A stretch of 64,000 bases of DNA. It comes from Heptranchias perlo (lineage: Eukaryota). Positions within the stretch are counted from its first letter, which is position 1; each line of letters opens with the position of its first letter. Position numbers and translations under genes: made by a program. The stretch lies in contig NC_090363.1 of assembly GCF_035084215.1 (NCBI RefSeq), forward strand, positions 9,362,001-9,426,000, given 5' to 3'. Positions 24,605 through 36,628 of the stretch are shown in pieces. The notes under the pieces were generated by a model. That model made no database searches and was not told the origin of the DNA. It saw only the letters and a list, made by a program, of their open reading frames with translations.

Positions 24605-25599
24605 TACTGCTCTGGGAGAGTCAGCCTTGATTTTGTACTCTACGCTCAAGTCTCTGGAGTGGGAGTTGAACTCATGACCTTCTGGTTCAGAAAGTGTGAT
24701 TCCTGACTCATGGAGCCATAAAGTCGCTGCAGAGCCTACAGGCTTCACTTCTTCAAATGATGCTGAACTGACAGTTTGATAGAGAGACTTTGATGAGTCA
24801 ACTGGTTAAAAAGCAGAAAAAAGGGACTTTCAACACGAGCTCAAAAATTCTGTTCTGCTATATTGAGAGAGGTTTCAGACAGACACAGGCCTCGGCACAG
24901 TCCGATCTAAAAATTCACTAATGGACAGGAGAAATCATGGGCCGTAATTTCCCCACATACCCAGGCAGTGGGTAAGGCTACCAATTGTTAGCGTGAGTTC
25001 ATCAATGCAGCACTTTCAAGGAAAACAAGTTCTTCCTTATATACGTTTACAATTTTTAGTACTGTAAATCCACTGAGCATTGTTGCGGGTTTACTTTATC
25101 TGTCAAATTTACTACTTTGACAAGTCTCCTTTACAAAAGATGGAGCATCTCTCCACATAGCTCACCCCACTTTGGCAGTGAGGTTTGTGTGTTTAATCTT
25201 AGGTTTTAATTCAAACTGGATAAAATACGAGTAGCATGAAAATCAATGAGGTTCACAATAACATCGCCATCTGTGCGTAATGATACTAAATTGGGTAGTT
25301 CCTTTAAAATTACCCTTGCACTTCCTCCCCCACATTCACAAATATTTACATACACACACACACAGAGCAATGTGTTAACATTAAACATACCTGCTCAGCC
25401 ACTGAAGAGGTAACACAAAAATCAAATGATTTCCACAGGAGCTTAATAAAACCCTAATGGGTTTAGATTTCCTTAGAGTTGGGAAAGATGGAGGCCCTGA
25501 TCACAAAATCAAACAGAAGATGCTCATGATTCCCCACCCAGCCCAATTCTTCCACCCAACACTGAAGAGGAAAATCTAACTTATAGTTAACGAAGCACT

Positions 25600-26000
25600 C
25601 AGTTCAAACCCCACCACAGGACTTCAACACATAATCCAGCCTGATAATGTGAGTGCTATACTGAGGGAGTGCTGCACTGTCGGGGCTTCTGGCCTACGAT
25701 TGAGACGTTAAACCGAGGCCCCGTTTGCCCATTTAGGTGGATGTAAAAGATCCCATGGCGTTAATCAAAAGAAAAGCAGGGAAGTTCTCCTCATGTCCTG
25801 TTCAATCAGCACCATGAAAACTGGATAAACTGGTCATTCATCTCAGTGGCTGTTTGTGGGAGCTCACTGTGCACAAACTGGCTGCCAGATTTGCCTACGA
25901 CAGTGACTGCACTTCAAAATGTACGTCATTGGTGTGTAAAGCACTTTGGGACGTCCTGAGGAAGTGAAATGCTGTATAAATGCAAGTTCTTTATTTCTTT
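25600..26000 (+). mobile_element. Deu-domain SINE (diverged)
   Basis: Homologous to 24195-24604. Confidence 0.75.
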
Positions 26001-26634
26001 AACTTTTGTTTTTAATACCAATTGTTGTGAAAACTGTTGGGAACTGGATCACAGTGCTTGAAAGTACAGGGTAATTGGTTTGATCACAGCTTTCCCGTTT
26101 AATCAATAGGCCATTAATTGGGGTGCATTCTCTGCTGGCTGGCCAAAAAGGACAGCTGTTTTGACTGAAATATTACAGTCCCCACCACTTATAGTGGGCG
26201 TGTTGGTGTTCACGTGATAAGTAGCAGACAGCAAAACTGCATCTGGTTAAGACAACAGCAACACTCTGGTAGCTCGAGAGAGGCACTGAGTCCAGTGCAT
26301 GTTCTGGGAAGCAGGGAGGAAACAAAAGAAAATTGGTGCCTGCAAGAGGGTCAAACATCGTATCCTGTGGCATCTCGTTCAAGAGCGGTCTGGTGACAGG
26401 CTCTCCTCTGAGGCAATAGGAATACTTTAAACCTAACCCACCGGGTGGTAAATCCACGGAATCGGGTGGAATGCCAATTTTACACCCCGCCAGGATATGC
26501 TCCCCTTGTTCTCGAGCCCCCACCCTCCTACCAGAGGAAATAATTTCTCTCTATCTACCCTATCGACTCCTTTAATCATCATAAACACTTCAATTAGATC
26601 ACCCCTTAATCTTCTACACTCGAGGGAACACAAA

Positions 26635-27613
26635 GGGCAGGATTTTAACAGGGAAAAACGGGTGGGTTGTGGGCGGGGGGGCAGTGAAAATTGCAACAAT
26701 TTCAGACCCGCCTCCAACCCACCCATTTCTGATTTTCACCGGGGCGGAACGAGAGGCGGGCGGCCAACCCGCTCTCAGGAGGTGGGTTGGTCACTAAAAC
26801 CCTTCAAGGAGGCTGCGGGCCTCCATTTTGAAAGGTTTCGTGATTTCAATCTTTGGGGGCTGGGATTTATGGGCCTTCTCCTTCACACTGCGTGAGAGGA
26901 GGCAAGAAGGCCCGAAACGGCAGGTAAATGCCTTTCTGGCACAGCTTGTGGGACCGGAGGTGCAGGAGTGTTTGCCCCAGACCCAAAAACCTACCTGCAG
27001 TGACCCCCCCCCCCACAATGATTGCGACGTCCCCGCCAACGATCGCGGACCACTCCTCGACGATCGCGGACACCCTCCGACAAACGCGAACACCCGCGAT
27101 AATCCCCGATCCCAACCCCCCCACCCCGGTGACTGACCCTCCCCGCGACTGACAGCCGATCGCCCCCCCCCATGACCCCCAACCACCCCACCCACATGAC
27201 TGACTTCCCAGTGTCTGACCTCTGATGACTGACTCCCCCCGATAACTGACCCTCCCCCGTGACCCCCATGCCCACCCATGCCTCCTATGCCCACATATGC
27301 AATCTAAGACTTACCTTTTCACGTCCTCTTCCTTGCTCATCGGTGCCCCCTTGCCATCGGTGTCCTCATGCCCATGTTCCCCCCCGCCTCTTCCATACAA
27401 CCTAAGACTTTGCTGAAGACTTAGCTTTTCTCGTCCCCTTCCTTGCCTGTCAATCAGGCCGGTCCGTCGGACGGGAAACTGACAAATAAAATAAAAGACG
27501 TCCTTACGTCAAAATCGTAAGGACGTCCGGGAGACCCGTACTTCCGGGTTTCCCATCCATGATTCAAACCCCTCCCTCCGCCCCCTTCCCAGCTCCGAGT
27601 CAAAATCCTGGCC
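26635..27613. mobile_element. Non-autonomous TIR element (Harbinger-like MITE) inserted in a minus-strand CR1 fragment
   Basis: Ends GGGCAGGATTTTAAC / GTCAAAATCCTGGCC; internal palindromes such as GACGTCCTTACG..CGTAAGGACGTC; CR1 sequence on both sides (~26520-26634 and 27614-27795). Confidence 0.7.
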
Positions 27614-28321
27614 GTAGTCTATGCAACCTGTCATCGTGGTCTAACCCTATTAGCCGCGGTATCATTCTGGTGAATCTACGCTGCGCCCCCTCCAAGGCCA
27701 ATATATCCTTCCTTAGGTGTGGCCCCCAGAATTGAAAGCAGTTCTCCAGATGGAGTCTAACCAGAGCTCTGTACTGCTGTAACATAACTTCCATCCCCAA
27801 TCCACACAGAATAGCTGCTGAATTTTAGTTTTCCAGCAACCACAATCATTGATTGTACTGCCACCACAGAATGACTGTTCAGTCGAACATAGCAACTAAT
27901 GAGTCTGCTGAGCGACATATGTCTTTTTCAAACACAGAGTGCATCAGAACATCTGCGCTGGGTCACTTTGCTACTGTTTGTATTGTAAATAAATGCAACT
28001 TAATTCAAGCAAGCACGGATTTGTTAAAGGCAAATCATGTTTAACCAACTTGATAGAGTTTTTTGATGGGGTAACAGAGAGGGTTGATGAGGGTAATGCA
28101 GTTGATTTGGCGTATATGGATTTTCAAAAAGCGTTTGATAAAGTGCCACATGGTAGGTTTGCTATTAAGATTGCGGTCCACAGAATAAAGAGAGCAAAAG
28201 CCACATGGATACAGAATTGGCTAAATGACGGGAAACAGAGAGTAATGGTGAACGGTTGTTTATTGGACTGGAGGGAGGTGTACAGTGGTGTTCCCCAGGG
28301 TCCGTGCTGGGACCATTGCTT

Positions 28322-29668
28322 TTTAAAAAATTGTTCATGGGATGTGGGCGTGGCTGGCGAGGCCAGCATTGATTGCCCATCCCTAATTGCCCTTGAGAAG
28401 GTGATGGTGAGCTGCCTTCTTGAACCGCTGCAGTCCGTGTGGTGAAGGTTCTCCCACAGTGCTGTTAGGAAGGGAGTTCCAGGATTTTGACCCAACGACG
28501 ATGAAGGAATGGCGATATATTTCCAAGTCGGGATGGTGTGTGACTTGGAAGGGGAACGTGCAGGTGGTGGTATTCCCATGTGCCTGCTGCCCTTGTCCTT
28601 CTAGGTGGTAGAGGTCGCGGGTTTGGGAGGTGCTGTCGAAGAAGCCTTGGCGAGTTGCTGCAGCGCATCCTGTGGACGGTACACGCTGCAGCCACAGTGC
28701 ACTGGTGGTGAAGGGAGTGAATGTTTAGGGTAGTGGATGGGTTTTTTTTTATTCGTTCATGGGATGTGGGCTTCGCTGGCGGGGCCAGCATTTATTGCCC
28801 ATCCCTAATTGCCCTTGAGAAGGTGGTGGTGAGCCGCCTTCTTGAACCGCTGCAGTCCGTGTGGTGACAGTTCTCCCACAGTGCTGTTAGGAAGGGAGTT
28901 CCGGGATTTTGACCCAGCGACGATGAAGGAATGGTGATATATTTCCAAGTCGGGATGGTGTGTGACTTGAAGGGCAATGTGCAGGCCGTGTTGTTCCCAT
29001 GTGCCTGCTGCCCTTATCCTTCTAGGAAGCAGAGGTCGTGGGTTTGGGAGGTGCTGTCGAAGAAGCCTTGGCGAGTTGCTGCAGTGCATCCTGTGGATGG
29101 TACACACTGCAGCCACAGTGCGCCGGTGATGAAGGGAATGAATGTTTAGGGTGCTGGATGGGGTGCCAATCAAGCGGGCTGCTTTGTCCTGGATGGTGTC
29201 GAGCTTCTTGAGTGTTGTTGGAGCTGCATTCATCCAGGCAAGTGGAGAGTATTCCATCACACTCCTGACTTGTGACATGTAGATGGTGGAAAGGCTTTGG
29301 GGAGTCAGGAGGTGAGTCACTCACCGCAGAATACCCAGCCTCTGACCTGCTTTTGTAGCCACAATATTTATATGGCTGGTCCAGTTAAATTTCTGGTCAA
29401 TGGTGACCCCCAGGATGTTGATGGTGGGGGATTCGGCGATGGTAATGTCGTTGAATGTCAAGGGCGGGTGGTTAGACTCTCACTTGTTGCAAATGGTCAT
29501 TGCCTGGCACTTGTCTGGCGCGAATGTTACTTGCCACTTATCAGCCCAAGCCTGGATGTTGTCCAGGTCTTGCTGCATGCGGGCTCAGACTGCTTCATTA
29601 TTTGAGGGGTTGCGAATGGAACTGAATACTGTGCAATTATCAGCAAACATCCCCATTTCTGACCTTAT
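28322..29668 (-). mobile_element. Two tandem LINE family B 3' fragments
   Basis: Two 3' ends, at ~28322 and at the poly-T at 28742, each followed by the HHHLLKGN-coding region. Confidence 0.85.
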
Positions 29669-30255
29669 GATACATATTAATGACTTGGACTTGGGAGTAC
29701 AGGGCACAATTTCAAGATTTGCGGATGACCTTGGAAGGGTAGTGAACAGTGAGGAGGATAGTGATAGATTTCAAGAGGACATCGACAGGCTGGTGGCATG
29801 GGCGGACACGTGGCAGATGAAATTTAACATGGAAAAAAGCGAGGTGATGCATTTCAGTAGGAAAAATGAGAGGCAATATAAACTAAAGGGCACAATTCTA
29901 AAACGGGTACAGGAACAGAGGGATCTGGGGGTATATGTGCACAAATCGTGGAAGGTGGTAGGGCAGGTTGAGAAAGCGGTTAAAAAAGCATACGGGATCC
30001 TGGGCTTTATAAATAGAGGCAGAGAGTACAAAAGCAAGGAAGTCATGATGAATCTTTATAAAACACTGGTTCGGCCACAACTGGAGTATTGTGTCCAGGT
30101 CTGGGCACCGCACTTTAGGAAAGATGTGAAGGCCTTAGAGAGGGTGCTGAAGAGATTTACTAGAATGATTCCAGGGATGAGGGACTTCAGTTATGTGGAT
30201 AGACTGGAGAAGCTGGGATTGTTTTCCTTAGAGCAGAGAAGGTTGAGAGGGGATT

Positions 30256-30546
30256 TGATGTGGAGATGCCGGTGATGGACTGGGGTGGACAAATGTAAGG
30301 AATCTTACAACACCAGGTTATAGTCCAACAGTTTTATTTGAAAATCACAAGCTTTCGGAGGCTTTCTCCTTCGTCAGGTGAAGTGTGGGATTCCATGAAG
30401 GTTTCCGCATATATAGTCAGAGAACACTGCCTGGTGATTACAGATAATCTTTCCAATTGCCCGTTGTCAAGGCAATCAAAGTGTTCAGACAGAGAGACAT
30501 TACATACAGGACTACTGAATATACAAACGGTCAGAACAAAAGACAT

Positions 30547-30577
<31 letters not shown>

Positions 30578-30678
30578 TCCGAAAGGAAGAGAAAGAGAGA
30601 GAATGACCCGTTGTATTAAAAACAGATAACTCTTTTTTCGCTGCTGGGGTTACGTGTAGCGTGACATGAACCCAAGAT
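30256..30678 (-). mobile_element. Penelope-like element terminal fragment (with hammerhead motif 30344-30382)
   Basis: Reverse complement of the Penelope end CCCCAGTCCATCACCGGCATCTCCACATCA and of the GIY-YIG C-terminus LGFMSRYT. Confidence 0.85.
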
Positions 30679-31051
30679 TCAAAATCATGAAGGGTCCCGA
30701 CAGAGTAGGTTGAGGGAAACTGTTCCCATTGGCAGAAGGGTCAAGGACCAGAGGACATAGGTTTAAGGTTATACCAAAGGTGATAGAAGGAAAAACATTT
30801 TTTACACAGCAAGTGGTTAGGACTTGGAATGCACTGCCCAAGGGGGTGGTGGAGCCAGATTCAATCTTGACCTTCAAAAGGGAACCGGATAAGTGCTTGA
30901 AACAAAAAAATGTGCAGGGCTACGGGGAAATGGCGGGGGAGTGGGACTAGCTGGATTGCTCTTGCATAAAGCTGGCCCGGTTTCGATGGGCTGAATGGCC
31001 TCCTTCCGCGCTGTAACCTTTCTATGATTCTATGATCCTCCGTGTACTTAC

Positions 31052-31354
31052 CAATCACTGTCAGAGATAGAATTTTGGTCTTTTTAGGGTCTAAGTCAAC
31101 AGCCATTTTGTAATTCCCAGTGTCCGCCTCGTGTACATCTTTTAGCATAAAGGATCCGTCTGTTCGGCTAAATTCAACTCGATTGACGTACTTTTCAAAT
31201 ATGGTGCTGTGAACATTTTTGGCGTACTCTATAATGAGAAAGGACTTGCTGGAATTAGAAAATTCCCAGTAGAAATCGGTGAATCCTTCATCGGTTCCGG
31301 AGAATTGAACAGAGGTGCCTGTAGCAGCAACCATGCTTTCCTTCAGCACCTGCA
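31052..31354 (-). CDS. Gene A N-terminal Ig V-set exon without the canonical disulfide
   Basis: VQVLKESMVAATGTSVQF...FYWEF...KYVNRVEFSRTDGSFMLKDVHEADTGNYKM...ILSLTVI; acceptor ATATTTTAG, donor G|GTAAGT, 303 bp, phase 1-1. Confidence 0.92.
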
Positions 31355-31894
31355 CTAAAATATAAATAAGTGAATTAGATAAGATTACACAGTAATACTG
31401 CACAGATGTAATCGTTACACAAACAGTGGCAGATACTGCCCATAAACTCAACTTCTCCCCGGCAACCCATGCTGCTAACAGCGGCCAATTACATTCCCTA
31501 CCTCCCACCCCCAACGCCCCCTCTCGCTTTCACTGTTTGAAGGGTGTCAGAGTCTCCCTGATAGACTTCAGGTTCTCTATAGCCGTTGCTCAGTCAATGT
31601 AGACCCAATTTAAATGACATTAAAATTATATAACTTTAGGCACTGCCAATGGATGCGCAGCTGCCTCAGTGCTAGACGGTCACATCCAATAGGAGGAGTG
31701 CCATCGGGACCCTCCATCGAGGCACTGAGGCAAAAAATCAAAAAAGAAAACAAAATATCTGCAGTACAAACAGAAAACAATGGGTTTACAGCAGGAAATC
31801 AGCACCTGGAAGAGAAAGTTGGGCTGTACTGGCATAGAAGCAGGGCTGTGGTAGTATAGTGCGAGGTGTAGAGCCTAGTTTCATATAATTGTCC

Positions 31895-32885
31895 AGCACA
31901 GGAGGAGGCCATTCGGCCCATCGTGCCTGTGCCGGCTCTTTGAAAGAGCTGTCCAATTAGTCACATTCCCCCGCTCTTTCCCTGTAGCCCTGCAATATTT
32001 TCCTTTTCAAGTATTTATCCAATTTGAAAGTTACTATTGAATCTGCTTCCACCGCCCTTTCAGGCAGTGCATTCCAGATCATTAGAACTCACTGAGTTAA
32101 AAAAAATTCTCCTCCTCTCCCCCCTGGTTCTTTTGACAATTACCTTAATTCTGTGTCCTCTGGTTATCGAGCAGGAGTAGGCCATACAGCCCCTAGAGCC
32201 TGCTCCGCCATTCAATAAGATCATGGCTGATCTTTGACCTCAACTCCGCTTTCCCGCCCTATCCCCATTTCCCTTGATTCCCTTAGAGTCCAAAAATCTA
32301 TCGATCTCAGTCTTGAATACACTCAACGACTGAGCATCCACATCCTTCTGGGGTAGAGAATTCCAAAGACTCACAATCCTCTGAATGAAGAAATTCCTCC
32401 TCACCTCAGACCTAAATGTCCAACCCATTATCCTGAGACTATGCCCCCTCGTTCTAGACTCTCCAGCCAGGGTAAACATCCTCTCAGCATCTACCCTGTC
32501 AAGCCCTCTTAGAATCTTGTATGTTTCAATGAGATCACCTTTCATTCTTCTAAACTCCAGGAGAGCATAGGCACATTTTACTCAATCTTTCCTCATAGGA
32601 CAACCCTCTCATCCCAGGAATTAATCTAGTGAACCTTCCTTGCACCGCCTCTAAAGCAAGTATATCCTTCCTTAGGTAAGGAGACCAAAACTGCACACAA
32701 TACTTCAGGCGTGGTCTTGCCAAAGCCCTGTACAATTGCAGCAAGACTTCCTCGCTCTCGTACTCCAACACCCTTGCAATAAAGGCCAACATACTATTTG
32801 CCTTCCTAATTGCTTTCTTTATCTGAATGTTAACCTTCTGTGTTTCAAGTACAAGGACACCCAAATCCCTCTGAGCACCAACATT
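31895..32885 (-). mobile_element. Two adjacent CR1 3' fragments
   Basis: ORF pieces LLQLYRALARPRLKYCVQFWSP and GDLIETYKILRGLDRVD, with CR1 3' UTRs. Confidence 0.8.
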
Positions 32886-33269
32886 TAAAAAACTCTTAAT
32901 AGATTTGCCAAACACAATTTTCATAAAACTGTGTTGACTCTGCCTAATTGTAAACAATTTTACAACACCAAGTTATAGTCCAGCAATTTTATTTTAAATT
33001 CACAAGCTTTCGGAGGCTACCTCCTTCCTCAGGTGAACGATGTGGAAATGAAATCCTCGAAATGAAGTCGCATTTATAATTCACAGAACAATGCTTGGTG
33101 AGTACAGACAGTTTTTTCAACTGCCCGTTGCCAAGGCAATCAGTGTGCAGACAGACAGGTGTTACCTGCCAGGTCTCACAGAATATACAAATCACCAAAA
33201 AAAACAACAAACAAAAAAAAAGAGATAGAGAGGTAGAAACATAGAAAAGACAGCAACTGACCCGTTATA

Positions 33270-34930
33270 TTAAAAACAGATAACATTTGTTCGCTGGTGG
33301 GGTAACGTGTATCGTGACATGAACCCAAGATCCCGGTTGAGGCCGTCCTCATGGGTGCGGAACTTGGCTATCAATTTCTGCTCGACGATTTTGCGTTGTC
33401 GTGTGTCTCGAAGGCCGCCTTGGAGTACGCTTACCCGAAGGTCGGTGGCTGAATGTCCTTGACTGCTGAAGTGTTCCCCGACTGGGAGAGAACCCTCCTG
33501 TCTGGCGATTGTTGCGCGGTGTCCGTTCATCCATTGTCGCAGCGTCTGCATGGTCTCGCCAATGTACCATGCTCTGGGGCATCCTTTCCTGCAACGTATG
33601 AGGTAGACAACGTTGGCCGAGTCACAGGAGTATGAACCATGCACCTGGTGGGTGGTGTCCTCTCGTGTGATGGTGGTATCTGTGTCGATGATCTGGCATG
33701 TCTTGCAGAGGTTACCGCGGCAGGGTTGTGTGGTGTCGTGGACGCTGTTCTCTTGAAAGCTAGGTAATTTGCTGCGAACGATGGTCTGTTTGAGGTTGGT
33801 GGCTGTTTAAAGGCGAGTAGTGGAGGTGTGGGGATGGCCATAGCGAGGTGTTCGTCGTCATTGATGACATGTTGAAGGCTGCGGAGAACATGGCGTACTT
33901 TCTCCGCTCCGGGGAAGTACTGGACGACAAAGGGTACTCTGTTGGTTGCGTCCCGTGTTAGTCTCCTGAGGAGGTCTATGCGATTTTTTGCTGTGGCCCG
34001 TCGGAACTGTCGATCGATGAGTCGAGCGTCATATCCCGTTCTTACTAGGGCGTCTTTCAGCGTCTGTAGGTGTCCATCGCGTTCCTCCTCGTCTGAGCAG
34101 ACCCTGTGTATTCGCAGGGCCTGTCCATAGGGGATGGCCTCTTTGACGTGGTTAGGGTGGAAGCTGGAAAAGTGGAGCATCGTGAGGTTGTCCGTGGGCT
34201 TGCGGTAGAGTGAGGTGCTGAGGTGCCCGTCTTTGATGGAGATTCGTGTGTCCAAGAAAGAAACTGATTCTGAGGAGAAGTCCATGGTGAGCTTGATGGT
34301 GGGATGGAACTTGTTGATGTTATCGTGTAGTCTCTTCAGTGATTCTTCGCCGTGGGTCCATAGAAAGAAAATGTCGTCGATGTATCTGGTGTATAGTGTT
34401 GGTTGGAGGTCTTGTGCAGTGAAGAAGTCCTGCTCGAACTTGTGCATGAAAATGTTGGCGTATTGGGGTGCGAATTTGGTCCCCATGGCTATTCCGTGTG
34501 TTTGGGTAAAGAACTGGTTATTGAAGGTGAAGACATTGTGATCCAGGATGAAGCGGATGAGTTGTAGGATGGCGTCCGGAGATTGGCTGTTGTTGGTGTT
34601 GAGTATTGATGCTGTCGCAGCGATGCCGTCATCGTGGGGGATACTGGTGTAGAGTGCCGAGACGTCCATCGTGGTGAGAAGTGTTCCTGGTTCAACTGGT
34701 CCGTGGGTACTGAGTTTTTGTAGGAAGTCTGTAGTGTCGCGACAGAAGCTGGGGGTTCCCTGTACGATGGGTTTCAGGATGCCCTCGATGTATCCAGAGA
34801 GGTTCTCACACAGGGTTCCGTTGCCTGATACGATAGGACGTCCGGGTGTGTTGGCTTTGTGTATCTTTGGGAGGCAGTAGAAGTCTCCCACGCGGGGAGT
34901 ACGTGGGATGAGAGTGCGTAGGATGCTTTG
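33270..34930 (-). pseudogene. Penelope RT + GIY-YIG endonuclease (5'-truncated, one frameshift near 33795)
   Basis: LPKIHK, GRPIVS, DVSALYT, GIAMG, YTRYIDDIF, FLD; after the frameshift NVVYLIRC...WYIGET...RQWMNGH. Confidence 0.92.
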
Positions 34931-35452
34931 AAGGCCATGCAGACACTGCGACAACGGATGAACGGACACCGCGCAACAATCGCCAAACAGGAGGGTTCCC
35001 TCCCAGTCGGGGAACACTTCAGCAGTCAAGGACATTCAGCCACCGACCTTCGGGTAAGCATACTCCAAGGCGGCCTTCGAGACACACGACAACGCAAAAT
35101 CGTCGAGCAGAAATTGATTGCCAAGTTCCGCACCATGAGGACGGCCTCAACCGGGATCTTGGGTTCATGTCACGCTACACGTTACCCCACCAGCGAACAA
35201 ATGTTATCTGTTTTTAATATAACGGGTCAGTTGCTGTCTTTTCGATGTTTCTACCTCTCTAACTCTGTTTTTTTTTTGTTTGTTGTTTTTTTTGGTGATT
35301 TGTATATTCTGTGAGACCTGGCAGGTAACACCTGTCTGTCTGCACACTGATTGCCTTGGCAACGGGCAGTTGAAAAAACTGTCTGTACTCACCAAGCATT
35401 GTTCTGTGAATTATAAATGCGACTTCATTTCGAGGATTTCATTTCCACATCG

Positions 35453-35491
35453 TTCACCTGAGGAAGGAGGTAGCCTCCGAAAGCTTGTGAA
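35453..35491 (+). ncRNA. Minimal hammerhead ribozyme motif (mirror copy at 32999-33037, minus)
   Basis: TTCAC-CTGAGGA-A-GGAGG tag CCTCC-GAAA-GCTT-GTGAA. Confidence 0.7.
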
Positions 35492-35779
35492 TTTAAAATA
35501 AAATTGCTGGACTATAACTTGGTGTTGTAAAATTGTTTACAATTGTCAACCCCAGTCCATCACCGGCATCTCCACATCATGACTCTGCCTAAGGGTGGGT
35601 AAATGCAAGTCCTGCGATAAGGGTAGATAAATGCAAGTCCTTGCCTTACTGCAAGGTGTTGCTTTCTCCTCTGTGAAGTCATTTGGGATTTTTTTCTGTG
35701 ACAAGGTCACTATATAAATGTGAGCGGTGGTTGTTGTGATTAAGAATATGGATAAAAACTTTAAAATATTGTGATATTG

Positions 35780-36425
35780 AGGCCTTGGATCGGGTGCAGA
35801 GAATGGCCATTGAACTAATTGTCAGTTTAAAGCATCTTAATTATCAAGATAAGCTAAAACATCTGGGACTCTACACTTTAAAGAAGCATAGACTTTGGGG
35901 TGATCTGATCGAGGTTTGTAAGATGATGAAGGGAATAGATTGTGTTTAAGTTGACAGTTTGTTCAAATTGAATAGGTTAGGGGGGACCAGGGGTCACAAT
36001 TTGAAGTTGCATGAGGCCAGATCGAGGTTAGATGTCAGGAGGTGGTTCTTTTCCCAGAGAATAGTGGACCTCTGGAACAGCTGCTGCCTCGTGCGGTGGA
36101 GGCCGATTCACTGAATTCCTTCAAGCGAGAGCTGGACCTGTTTCTGGCTGGGGTGGAGATCACCTCGTAAAAAAGGCAGTTAATAGAATTATCAGGGCCA
36201 GAGTGATCTCCTGGACTAGTTTCCATCATCCAGGTGGTTGGAGAGGAATTTCCCTGATTTTTTCCCCAAAATGGCCTGGGTCTTTATCTGGTTTTTCCCC
36301 TCTCTCAGGAGATCACATGGTTTCGGGTGAGGTGAGGAGTGTATATATTGTGATACACAAGGTATCACGATTGTGTGGGAGGGGCTGGATGGACCACGGG
36401 GTCTTTTCCTGTCCGTCATTGTTCA
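35780..36425 (+). mobile_element. CR1-like LINE 3' fragment (different subfamily)
   Basis: ALDRVQR...GDLIEVCKMMKGID...TRGH-type remnant with a distinct 3' UTR. Confidence 0.65.
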
Positions 36426-36628
36426 TGTATATTGACTGTTTAATTCAGATTCGGCTGCCCAGCCTCCATGAGCCAGCTCTCGATATTTACGTCATTACAG
36501 CCATATTCTATAGCCTGTTAACAACAACAACTTGCATTTATATAGTACCTGTAACGTAGTAAAATGTCCCAAAGCGCTTCATTGGAGCGTTATCAGATAA
36601 AATTTGTCACCGAAGCACGTAAGGAGAT

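Larger units (their letters stand above)
27990..31037 (+). mobile_element. 5'-truncated CR1 LINE with nested insertions
   Basis: CR1 RT pieces at 27990-28325, 29668-30255 and 30679-31037 are collinear and end in (ATTCTATG)n. Interrupted by LINE family B and a Penelope fragment. Confidence 0.85.
32948..35579 (-). mobile_element. Penelope-like retroelement, 5'-truncated, with inverted terminal repeat
   Basis: 13-bp TSD TGACTCTGCCTAA (32935-32947 and 35580-35592); ~600-bp inverted repeat (32948-~33555 versus ~34935-35540); RT and GIY-YIG coding on the minus strand. Confidence 0.95.

Noticed and set aside
25391-25496. AG...GTATGT-bounded segment in gene A intron 2
   Set aside because: Would shift the reading phase between V and C2 and encodes no Ig features.
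29400-30275. 291-aa ORF
   Set aside because: Chimeric read-through of antisense LINE family B into a CR1 RT fragment and a Penelope end.
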